A stretch of 32,000 nucleotides of DNA from Prochlorococcus marinus subsp. pastoris str. CCMP1986 (GTDB lineage Bacteria; Cyanobacteriota; Cyanobacteriia; PCC-6307; Cyanobiaceae). A program made the translations under genes and the position numbers. Under the pieces are notes generated by a model. The model saw only the letters and a list, made by a program, of their open reading frames with translations. It did no database searches and had not been told where the DNA came from. The stretch lies in the NCBI RefSeq assembly GCF_000011465.1, contig NC_005072.1, positions 1,110,001 to 1,142,000 on the forward strand, written 5' to 3'. Below are positions 1-8,146 of the stretch, piece after piece. Positions within the stretch are counted from its first letter, which is position 1, and every line of letters starts with the position of its first letter.

Positions 1-55
1 AAAAGGAATTGACAGAAAGAGTGAGCCAGCTCTAGAAATGCCAGATATTGATTAA
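1..55 (+). CDS. psbC: Photosystem II CP43 protein, C-terminal fragment (partial, begins before window)
   Basis: Frame 2 reads ...KGIDRKSEPALEMPDID*, resembling the typical CP43 C-terminus KGIDRxxEPxLxMPxLD. Confidence 0.8.
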   Translation, partial: KGIDRKSEPALEMPDID

Positions 56-70
56 CTCTAATCAATTTTC

Positions 71-95
71 AAAAGACCCTTTTTAAGGGTCTTTT
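71..95 (+). terminator. Rho-independent terminator, probably bidirectional between psbC and maf
   Basis: AAAAGACCCTT-TTT-AAGGGTCTTTT perfect 11-bp stem followed by a T-run; lies between convergent gene ends. Confidence 0.9.
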
Positions 96-97
96 TT

Positions 98-724
98 TTA
101 TGGGAAAATTCCTTCCTTAATAAGACTCTTTCTAAGCCATGGCAAACTTAAACCCATTACATTACTAAAACAACCATCTATCCTTTCGATATATTTACCT
201 CCCTTGCCCTCTAAAGCAAATCCTCCAGCACAATATAAAGGTTCAAGAGAGTCAACATAATTTTTTATCTCTTCATCTTGCAATTTAGAAAAATATACTT
301 TAGAACTTACTGTTTTTTTAATTTTCTTTGTCACTTTTAGTATTTTTGAACTTGAGTCAAAAGTACTAAAAAGTAATGTATGTCCTGTATGGAGAAAACC
401 AAATTCTCCAGACATTTGTGACCATCTTCTATATGCCTCATCTTTATCTGATGGTTTTCCGAAAGGTCTTCCATTAAATTCGAATATTGAATCACAACCA
501 AGAATTTCTACAGAACTATAATTAAACTTTTCTGGTAAGTCTATTTCTTGGATATTAAGAGCAATCCTACTAGCTTTTTGAAAAGACAATTCGAGAGTTA
601 AATTAGATATATCTTTCTCTTTTACTAAAGCTTCATCAAAATTACTTGATATTTGAATAAATTCGATTTGAGAATTTTCTAGTAATTTCTTTCTAGATTG
701 AGAAGCAGAGGCTAGAATTAACAC
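98..724 (-). CDS. maf: Maf-like nucleotide pyrophosphatase
   Basis: N-terminal [15 protein letters not shown] motif and family-like length. Confidence 0.92.
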
Positions 725-790
725 AAATTTTTTATCGAATTATAATTCAATTTACTTATTAATAAATTACAAGATTAATATAAATTACTA

Positions 791-2320
791 ATGGAATTAA
801 TAGAAAAACTACAACCTATTAAAAAGCCCTTAATGGTTTTAGGTACATCTAGCGGGGCAGGTAAATCTTTAACAGTTACGGCCATTGGCAGGATTCTTAA
901 AAATTCAGGAGAAGAACCAATACCTTTTAAGGGTCAAAATATGAGTAACAATGCATGGGTCGACTGGAATGGCGGAGAGATGGCATTTTCTCAAGCTTTA
1001 CAAGCATTTGCTTGCGGGATAATTCCTTCTTCGGAGATGAATCCTATCCTATTAAAACCACAAGGTAATTCAACTAGTGAAGTCATTCATTTAGGGAAAA
1101 GTAAGGGTATTACAACAGCAAAAGATTACTACAAAGATTGGTTTTTCCCAGGATGGGGAGTAATAAAAAAAAGTTTGAATTCAATATATGAACGATACCC
1201 AAATTGTCGTTTAATTATTGAGGGGGCAGGAAGTCCTGTAGAGATGAATTTAATTCACAGAGACCTTACGAACTTAAGAGTTGCAAAGTATTTAAACGCG
1301 AATTGCATTTTAGTAACTGATATCGAAAGAGGAGGCGTATTTGCTCAAATAATAGGAACTCTTGAGTTAATGAAACCAGATGAGAGAAAGCTTATTAAAG
1401 GCATATTAATAAATAGATTTAGAGGGGACCTTTCATTATTTGAAGAAGGTAAAAAATGGATAGAAAACAAAACAAAAATCCCTGTTTTAGGAATAATTCC
1501 TTGGTTAGATGATAAATTCCCTCCAGAGGATTCTTTAGATTTATTAGAAAAAAAATCATCTTTAACCAACCCTGAATTAAAGGTTGGAATTATAAAATTG
1601 CCATCTATAAGTAACTTTTCAGATTTTGATCCATTAGAAAATGAAGAATCAATATTAATCAAATGGGTAATGGAATCTCAAAATTTAAATCAATATGATT
1701 TTCTTATTATTCCTGGAAGTAAACAGACTATTAAAGATCAAAAATTTCTTAGAGATTCTGGTCTATCAGAAGATATAAAAAATTATTCAACGAATAAAGG
1801 TAATATTTTTGGAATTTGCGGAGGTTTACAAATGTTAGGGACAATTCTTGAAGACCCATTTTTTAAAGAAGGATCAAAAATCAATTGTGAGAAATCAATC
1901 AATGGAATTGGATTACTCCCTTTAAAAACAACTTTCTTTCAAAAAAAGATAACAAGGCAAATAAATTCTGAGTCAATTTGGCCGCAGGTAACAGAAATCA
2001 ACGGGTTTGAGATACATAACGGAGTAACTGAATTAGATAACAGTCAAGATACTTTTAAAATAAAACCCATTTTTAAGGATTTAGATCTTGGGTGGTATAA
2101 AGAAAATATTCAAGGAGGGACTATTGCAGGTACATATATTCATGGAATCTTTGAAAATGATGACTGGCGAGATCACTATTTAAATTTAATTAGAAAAGGG
2201 AAAAACTTACCTTTATTAAAAAAGAGAACAAGATCTTATAAAATGAAACGGGAAAACATTATTGATAATCTCGCAAATGAATTTAAAAAAAATTTTAATA
2301 TTTCATCATTGTTAAATTGA
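791..2320 (+). CDS. cobQ: Cobyric acid synthase
   Basis: Starts MVLGTSSGAGKS P-loop region, FKGQNMSNNAWV, GNSTSEV, glutamine amidotransferase FGICGGLQMLG motif. Confidence 0.95.
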   Translation: MELIEKLQPIKKPLMVLGTSSGAGKSLTVTAIGRILKNSGEEPIPFKGQNMSNNAWVDWNGGEMAFSQALQAFACGIIPSSEMNPILLKPQGNSTSEVIHLGKSKGITTAKDYYKDWFFPGWGVIKKSLNSIYERYPNCRLIIEGAGSPVEMNLIHRDLTNLRVAKYLNANCILVTDIERGGVFAQIIGTLELMKPDERKLIKGILINRFRGDLSLFEEGKKWIENKTKIPVLGIIPWLDDKFPPEDSLDLLEKKSSLTNPELKVGIIKLPSISNFSDFDPLENEESILIKWVMESQNLNQYDFLIIPGSKQTIKDQKFLRDSGLSEDIKNYSTNKGNIFGICGGLQMLGTILEDPFFKEGSKINCEKSINGIGLLPLKTTFFQKKITRQINSESIWPQVTEINGFEIHNGVTELDNSQDTFKIKPIFKDLDLGWYKENIQGGTIAGTYIHGIFENDDWRDHYLNLIRKGKNLPLLKKRTRSYKMKRENIIDNLANEFKKNFNISSLLN

Positions 2321-2568
2321 AACAATCAAAAATTAAAATTATATGGCCAAATAACATTACGACAATTGTAAACGAAGGTGATGATTGGTTTTCTGCAGCA
2401 GAGGTAGCAGGAATAGAAATCCCAACTGGATGTCTAACAGGTAGTTGTGGTGCCTGTGAAATAGATGTTAATGGAGAAACAGTTAGAGCTTGTATAAGCA
2501 ATATTCAAAGTGAAACAGATTGTTCATTAAGCGTTGCTTTTACTACCGATCCCTTTTGGGAAAATTAA
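2317..2568 (+). CDS. Small 2Fe-2S plant/cyanobacterial-type ferredoxin-like protein
   Basis: CLTGSCGACEIDV...RAC gives the C-x4-C-x2-C...C cluster pattern; TTG start overlapping the cobQ TGA. Confidence 0.85.
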   Translation: MKQSKIKIIWPNNITTIVNEGDDWFSAAEVAGIEIPTGCLTGSCGACEIDVNGETVRACISNIQSETDCSLSVAFTTDPFWEN

Positions 2569-2580
2569 ATTATTAATTCT

Positions 2581-4389
2581 TTAGTATAAAAAATTTAATT
2601 TAAAACCAATTCGATATTCGTTATCTTCAAGAATTTGTCCGATGTCCTGTATACCGACTGCATTGGAATAATATAAATCAATTGATTTTCCTGGTTTTAG
2701 AGAATACCTTAATGCTAATGAGGAATTAAAATCTGAATCATTTTTAAATGAAGTATTTATTTCAGGGATAAGTTGCAAATTATCAAATAAATTTATGTAA
2801 CTTGAAAGTCCTAACCCCCCAAAACTGTCCACACCACTAAAAAAATATTTAGGACTTAAATTAAAGGCTAACTTATCATTTAAGCTAAAAGTATTTATCA
2901 ATTCACTGAATAGGTAACCTTGATTAGTATCATCATTTCTTCCAACCGATGTCCTAACTGTCATCCAAAAAAGGTCATCTTTTTGAGGGCTAAATATTAA
3001 TAATTTCCCTCCTAATCTGTAATTAAGATTATTTTCACTTAAGTAAGTTGAATATAAAGTTGAAATATTATTATCATTAAAACGACCAATATTGAGAAAC
3101 TCTAGTTGAAATATATTTGACAACGAATAACCATAAAATCCAAACAAATTTCCCTTAGAGTCATAATTAAGATTAATTTGTGAAGTTCCAGCTTTAGGTA
3201 TCAGTGCATTATTAACTGTAATTCCGCCATAACTAATCAATTTCTCTCTATCATTTAAGGGTTCAAGAAGAGTATCTTCTCCATATGGTTTATATATAAG
3301 ATTTGCAGAATAAAGTGGCTTATTATCTGAGGGAATAGTAAGTAATCCTGTAGATGGAGTCGAACCGTATGAGTTCGATAATTTACCTTCAATTCCAATC
3401 TTAGGATTGATATCCCATCCCAACCCTATACTATATATTGGTTTTCTAGAGTACTTCAGTTCACTATCAAAATAATTATTGCCAGGGCCTAATGGAGTTG
3501 TATATGAGAAAAGAAGATCAACATCTTCAGCAATATCTAAAACAAAGCCACTTCCAACATAAAAATTATTTTCATAAGCATTTTTACCAATTCCTTTTGA
3601 GCCTAGTTTCTCAGGTAAAAAAGTGATTCCAGGAACTATTACAACTGCCAATTTATCATTAAAATTTTTCGAAAAGGGTAAAGAAAAAGCTCCAATTATA
3701 TTTTCAAATTTATCTTTACCATATGAATTATTCTCTTGATTATATATACTTTTTGTATTTTCAGATCCACTAGCTTGCCTCCAATATTCAAGAGTAGATA
3801 CCATTGATAGACCCAAGATATTTTCATTCTCTTCTAATAATTTTTTCTTAAATGAAAAAGCATAATTTTGCCAATGATAATTACTTAGTTGTCCATCAAT
3901 TAAGTTGTATAAATTATCATCCGCTTCAGAAAAATAAATTGAGATAAGGGAAGAATTTGAGAGCCCATAATCAAAAACAAATGATGGATTTTGTTGCCCA
4001 GTACCACCAGATACACCCCCATCAAAAGATGATTTCCATCTAACTGAAGTTTGAAAATCTCCATAGTCAAGAAAATTGTTAAGAGGTAAATATGGTTCAA
4101 TTTCAAGAATAGAAGGATTTGATTTTAGTTTAGAATTATAAATATTTTCATCTCTATAATTCTCAGTTTTTTTTACTTTAGAACTTTCCTCATTATTATT
4201 TTGAAAATAACTTTTATCATCCTTATAGTATTTCCAAATAATCTTTTTCAAATCATTTGAATTTTTTTCTTGTATTTTTTCCCATTTAATCTTTTTTGTT
4301 TCAGACGATTCTTTTGTATATTTATCTGCTAAGACACTAACGAAATTTAATAATTGACTAAATATAAATAAATAAAATACCAACCTCAT
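2581..4389 (-). CDS. Predicted exported protein, probably outer-membrane beta-barrel (YjbH-like character)
   Basis: N-terminal signal-like segment, long glycine/aromatic alternating C-terminal strands ending LRPGKSIDLYYSNAVG...YRIGFKLNFLY with terminal aromatic residue. Confidence 0.5.
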   Translation of the reverse strand: MRLVFYLFIFSQLLNFVSVLADKYTKESSETKKIKWEKIQEKNSNDLKKIIWKYYKDDKSYFQNNNEESSKVKKTENYRDENIYNSKLKSNPSILEIEPYLPLNNFLDYGDFQTSVRWKSSFDGGVSGGTGQQNPSFVFDYGLSNSSLISIYFSEADDNLYNLIDGQLSNYHWQNYAFSFKKKLLEENENILGLSMVSTLEYWRQASGSENTKSIYNQENNSYGKDKFENIIGAFSLPFSKNFNDKLAVVIVPGITFLPEKLGSKGIGKNAYENNFYVGSGFVLDIAEDVDLLFSYTTPLGPGNNYFDSELKYSRKPIYSIGLGWDINPKIGIEGKLSNSYGSTPSTGLLTIPSDNKPLYSANLIYKPYGEDTLLEPLNDREKLISYGGITVNNALIPKAGTSQINLNYDSKGNLFGFYGYSLSNIFQLEFLNIGRFNDNNISTLYSTYLSENNLNYRLGGKLLIFSPQKDDLFWMTVRTSVGRNDDTNQGYLFSELINTFSLNDKLAFNLSPKYFFSGVDSFGGLGLSSYINLFDNLQLIPEINTSFKNDSDFNSSLALRYSLKPGKSIDLYYSNAVGIQDIGQILEDNEYRIGFKLNFLY

Positions 4390-4499
4390 TTAAAAAATTC
4401 TTTAATTTATCTAATTAACTTTTCAATAATACTACTAGGAAGACAGTTTTCAATTCTATAAGATAATAATAGGAATGAAAAAAGAGTATTGGACAACTA

Positions 4500-4628
4500 A
4501 TGGAGAAGGAATGTAATCATTATAATGATGGATTAGATCCATCAGAAGAATATTTAAGAAAGAAGAAAAAAGGTAATGATGATGATACCTATTTCCCTCC
4601 AGAAGAATCAGAATCGCCACATTATTAA
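4500..4628 (+). CDS. Possible 42-aa micro-protein MEKECNHYNDGLDPSEEYLRKKKKGNDDDTYFPPEESESPHY
   Basis: Manual translation; ATG to TAA; acidic DDDTYFPPEES motif similar to that in the neighbouring ORF frame. Confidence 0.35.
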   Translation: MEKECNHYNDGLDPSEEYLRKKKKGNDDDTYFPPEESESPHY

Positions 4629-4686
4629 GAGCGTAAGAAAATTTATTGACAGGTTCTTTAAAATTAAAAAAAATCAAAATTTAAAT

Positions 4687-5091
4687 ATGACTGAACAAAG
4701 GAAAATAGAGAAATTTGGAGTCGGGAATTTATACCCTGACATTCATCCACCAGAGTTTTCATTCTTTAAAGAAAAATGTATAGATGTAGCACTTGGATAT
4801 GATGATGGTTTTACTTTCACTCCTAAATTTGGGAATTTTAAAGAAACTGAAGATATTTTTGATTACCTAAAACAATATCTTGAAGATAAAGAATTAGAAA
4901 AATTAGATATTCGTTTTGATACTTTAAAAACTTGTATATACCAAATAAATCCTGAGACATTAGAACTTGGAGAATTATTGGAATGTGAAGGAAGTGATGT
5001 TGAATATTTTGAATGGAATAAAAAAACTAAAAGTATTGATGAGGTTGATTCAAATTCACTAAGTGATGAAGAAGAAGAATATTTTCACTAA
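4687..5091 (+). CDS. Small acidic hypothetical protein (134 aa, probable start at 4687)
   Basis: ORF MTEQRKIEKFGVGNLYPD...LSDEEEEYFH*; the track's start at 4576 seems an overextension through the preceding micro-ORF. Confidence 0.55.
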   Translation: MTEQRKIEKFGVGNLYPDIHPPEFSFFKEKCIDVALGYDDGFTFTPKFGNFKETEDIFDYLKQYLEDKELEKLDIRFDTLKTCIYQINPETLELGELLECEGSDVEYFEWNKKTKSIDEVDSNSLSDEEEEYFH

Positions 5092-5098
5092 GTGATGA
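5055..5098 (+). repeat. Short direct repeat TTCACTAAGTGATGA x2 (5055-5069 and 5084-5098)
   Basis: Two identical 15-nt copies, 29 nt apart; each contains inverted repeat TCACT-A-AGTGA. Confidence 0.95.
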
Positions 5099-5149
5099 TA
5101 ATTCATATTTTCCTTCAGAAGAAATAGAGCAAGTTGAGGCACTATCGAA

Positions 5150-5353
5150 ATGAATAAAGAACATAATTATGTAGGATTGTTATTAAATTACATTGTTTTG
5201 AAGGAAGAGATGGAAGTGATCTTTTATTTACATAATCCCTATCCAGATTGCTTAAAAATCCCAGATATACTGAAACAAAGGTTTCCTAGTGATTACAAAA
5301 GCATAGTTGTAAATTCTTTGGATAATTTCAAAAAGTATGGAGCAAAACGTTGA
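5150..5353 (+). CDS. Small hypothetical protein (67 aa)
   Basis: ORF in same-strand chain; ATG overlaps the TGA of the open -1 frame from the upstream ORF. Confidence 0.45.
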   Translation: MNKEHNYVGLLLNYIVLKEEMEVIFYLHNPYPDCLKIPDILKQRFPSDYKSIVVNSLDNFKKYGAKR

Positions 5354-5532
5354 GCACTAAATGGGATAACACTTCATGGCAGAAAGAGTTCTTGAATATG
5401 AAGTCACATTCGCCATCAGATGCAAAACTCTTAATAGGAGGTGTAAAAGGATTTAAAGATGCTTGGCGTTTAGGTGTTCTACATGTGGAATACGAAAGAT
5501 TGAAGAAAATACAAGAGCAGCAGCAACAATGA
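5350..5532 (+). CDS. Small hypothetical protein (60 aa), W-x-K-E-x-L motif
   Basis: TTG start overlaps TGA of previous ORF; contains SWQKEFL...LLIGGVKGF...G. Confidence 0.5.
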   Translation: MSTKWDNTSWQKEFLNMKSHSPSDAKLLIGGVKGFKDAWRLGVLHVEYERLKKIQEQQQQ

Positions 5533-5684
5533 AAGAAAAAATAGATTGGAAGAAAGAGTTATTAGAAAGTGGAAGATTCAACGATAAATTCTCTAGGAAT
5601 TTATTAGAAAACGGAGCAAAGAACTATATGCAAGAAATCTATATGGGATATATGTATAACAGGTGGAGGAAAATTAGAGATTGA
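5529..5684 (+). CDS. Small hypothetical protein (51 aa from ATG 5529), W-x-K-E-x-L motif
   Basis: ATGA overlap with previous stop; MKEKIDWKKELL...NLLENGAKNY...GYMYNRWRK similar to the preceding ORF product. Confidence 0.5.
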   Translation: MKEKIDWKKELLESGRFNDKFSRNLLENGAKNYMQEIYMGYMYNRWRKIRD

Positions 5685-5985
5685 ATATCTACCACACCTC
5701 CAAAAGTAGTCCAACACATCATTCTTTCCTTCAATAGATTAAGTTGGTGTCATCTGAATCGAACCCAAATCGTAATGGTATTTCGTTCCACCATATAGGG
5801 AATTTTATACCACACAATTTTAAAGGTAAACCACATTTATCCACCACATTTTATTGCTAGTTATAGTGTTAATTTCAAATTAGCAATATAAACTTTTAAA
5901 TCTATAATTAATCAACCATCCTTTATTAGCATGCATTTTGGAGGATTAATTACCACAACAAAAGGTATAAGAATCTAAAAATTAA

Positions 5986-6070
5986 CGGAGAGGGTGGGAT
6001 TCGAACCCACGAACAGTCTCCCGTTAAACGATTTCGAATCGTTCGCTTTCGACCACTCAGCCACCTCTCC
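5986..6070 (-). tRNA. tRNA-Ser(CGA)
   Basis: Reverse complement GGAGAGGTGGCTGAGTGGTCGAAAGCG-AACGATTCGAAATCGTT-TAACGGGAGACTGTT-CGTGGGTTCGAATCCCACCCTCTCCG; 7-bp acceptor, long variable arm, CGA anticodon, G discriminator. Confidence 0.95.
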
Positions 6071-6121
6071 ATAAATAAATAATATATAAAATTTATAAAT
6101 TCGTTTTTTTATATCTTCTAA

Positions 6122-7144
6122 TTAATTCCAACCTACTTCTTTCATTATTTCTATTGCCTTACTATTGAATTTCCCAAGTTCTTTTATAGTCACATTATCT
6201 GGAGTGAAATCTCCAAATTTACTAACAATTCTATTTTGGCTTGATTCCTTCAAGGGGTGCTCATAAGTTTTATTAGCTAAACCTTGACTACCTTCACTAG
6301 AAGCTAAATATTCAAGTAGTTTAATAGCCTCAGTCTTGTTTTCTGCATATTTATATACGCCCCCAGCAGTGATATTTACATGAGCAGGATTTGGTATTAT
6401 TAATTTTATTTTTTCTGCTAAAGAGGCATCTCTTGGACCTTTAACGCCATCAAGCATCCTTGCGACATAATAATGATTAACGATTCCAATACCGCACGTT
6501 CCCAGCCCTACAGCTCTTATTAATGAAGAATCTCCAGAAAAATAGGGAGTGGAGACATTTGATATCAAACCCTTAAGCCAAATTTTTGTTTGACCAACAC
6601 CTTTCTTTGCTATTTGATTAGAAACCAAAGATTGATTATAAGGACTTTTTCTATTTCTTAGACATACTTTTCCTTTAAAAGAAGGATTGGTTAGATCCTC
6701 AAAATTTTTGATTTTTGTAATATCCACAATATCCGGATTTGAGATGATTACCCTTAATCTCCTAGTAAGGCCAAACCATTTATTTCTAGGATCTCTCAAA
6801 TTGTTTGGAACGCTATTTTCTAGAAAATTTGAATTAATTTTTTGAAATAAATTTGCCTTTGATGCATTTTCAATTATTGCTGCATCAACAAGAATTACTA
6901 AATCAGCCTGAGAATTTTTACCCTCTCTTTTTAAGCGCTCAATTATAGCTTTTCCATCTGTTTCTATATATCTAACTTTGATGCCAGTTTGTTCTTGAAA
7001 TTTTTGATAAACCTCTTTATCTGTATTGTAATGCCTTCCTGAATAGACCTTCACTTCTTTTTCAGTCGAATTAACAGGTATATTTGTATTAAACAAGAAA
7101 GTAAGAGTTAAAGCTGAATAAAAAAGTCTTTTTAGTTTTTGCAC
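6122..7144 (-). CDS. futA: Fe(3+) ABC transporter substrate-binding protein (IdiA/FutA family)
   Basis: Signal peptide, EVKVYSGRHYNTDKEVYQKFQEQTGIKV, WFGLTRRLRVI, GGVYKYAENKTEAIKLLEYL; GTG start. Confidence 0.9.
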   Translation of the reverse strand: MQKLKRLFYSALTLTFLFNTNIPVNSTEKEVKVYSGRHYNTDKEVYQKFQEQTGIKVRYIETDGKAIIERLKREGKNSQADLVILVDAAIIENASKANLFQKINSNFLENSVPNNLRDPRNKWFGLTRRLRVIISNPDIVDITKIKNFEDLTNPSFKGKVCLRNRKSPYNQSLVSNQIAKKGVGQTKIWLKGLISNVSTPYFSGDSSLIRAVGLGTCGIGIVNHYYVARMLDGVKGPRDASLAEKIKLIIPNPAHVNITAGGVYKYAENKTEAIKLLEYLASSEGSQGLANKTYEHPLKESSQNRIVSKFGDFTPDNVTIKELGKFNSKAIEIMKEVGWN

Positions 7145-7158
7145 TTTTATAAAATAGT

Positions 7159-7189
7159 ATCTATGGTTACTTTATATAAAACCATAGAT
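7159..7189 (-). promoter_or_regulatory. Perfect 10-bp inverted repeat in the futA leader/promoter
   Basis: ATCTATGGTT (7159-7168) / AACCATAGAT (7180-7189), 11-nt loop, 14 nt upstream of the GTG start. Confidence 0.5.
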
Positions 7190-7276
7190 CAAGAATCCTA
7201 AAAGAAATTTCCTACACATAACCTTGTATCAATTAATACATAATTACTCATTTTTTTTAAATTAATCTCTAAATTT

Positions 7277-8146
7277 TTATTTTTTCACTAATGGGAAATT
7301 CATCAACTCCCTCTCTTTTATCCATGAAGTGGCAACTTCTCTAGCAAGTTTCCTAATTTTTTCTATATATTGAGCTCGATCTGTCACCGAGATCACGCCT
7401 CTAGCATCCAACAAATTAAAGCAATGACTGCATTTTAAAACAAAATCTAGAGCTGGATAAGTAAGATCTTTTTCAATTAAAGAGTTAGCTTCTTCTTGAT
7501 AGATGGCAAATAATTTTCGCATGTTTTCAGGATTTGAATTACTAAAATTAAAAGAACATTGGTTTTTTTCGAATTGAAGCCAAATATCACTGTAATTAAT
7601 ATCTTTATTCCAATTTAAATCCCAAATGCTTTCTTTATCTTGCAAAAACATTGCAATTCTCTCTAATCCATAAGTTATTTCGATAGGTATTGGATTGCAA
7701 TCTATTCCTCCACATTGTTGAAAATAAGTAAATTGTGTAACTTCCATTCCATCTAACCAAACTTCCCAGCCTACTCCCCAGGCTCCTAGGGTAGGAGACT
7801 CCCAATTGTCCTCTACAAACCTTATATCATGATCTTTGGGATTTATCCCTAAGAATTCAAGAGAAGTTAGATATTTTTCTTGTATTTCATCTGGTGATGG
7901 TTTAATAATTACTTGGTATTGAAAATAATGTTGAGCCCTATTTGGATTATCTCCAAATCTTCCATCAGTAGGTCTTCTGCATGGTTCAGCATAAGCAACA
8001 CTCCATGGTTCTGGTCCGATAGCCCTAAGGAAAGTATGTGGATTCATAGTTCCAGCACCTTTTTCTGTGTCATAAGGTTGCATAATCAAACAACCTTCTT
8101 CAGACCAAAATTTATTTAAGTTTTGAATTATATCCTGAAAATACAT
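7277..8146 (-). CDS. glyQ: Glycine-tRNA ligase alpha subunit
   Basis: [48 protein letters not shown], highly characteristic. Confidence 0.98.
   Translation of the reverse strand: MYFQDIIQNLNKFWSEEGCLIMQPYDTEKGAGTMNPHTFLRAIGPEPWSVAYAEPCRRPTDGRFGDNPNRAQHYFQYQVIIKPSPDEIQEKYLTSLEFLGINPKDHDIRFVEDNWESPTLGAWGVGWEVWLDGMEVTQFTYFQQCGGIDCNPIPIEITYGLERIAMFLQDKESIWDLNWNKDINYSDIWLQFEKNQCSFNFSNSNPENMRKLFAIYQEEANSLIEKDLTYPALDFVLKCSHCFNLLDARGVISVTDRAQYIEKIRKLAREVATSWIKERELMNFPLVKK

Noticed and set aside
1345-1662. Reverse-strand 105-aa ORF inside cobQ
   Set aside because: Fully antisense to a confidently identified gene; serine/asparagine-rich composition typical of a shadow ORF.
2295-2501. Reverse-strand 68-aa ORF over the ferredoxin-like gene
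   Set aside because: Antisense to a gene with intact 2Fe-2S motif; likely spurious.
3900-4106. Forward 68-aa ORF inside the large exported protein gene
   Set aside because: Antisense shadow ORF with no recognisable motif.
4456-4677. Reverse-strand 73-aa ORF
   Set aside because: Overlaps the forward micro-ORF and 5' of the next; hydrophobic composition is expected from AT-rich antisense DNA.
5463-5528. Upstream extension MAFRCSTCGIRKIEENTRAAAT of the 5529 ORF as a zinc-binding N-terminus (CSTC)
   Set aside because: It lies wholly within the preceding ORF and an ATGA-coupled ATG at 5529 is a more economical start.
7913-8119. Forward ORF inside glyQ
   Set aside because: Antisense to a highly conserved synthetase gene.
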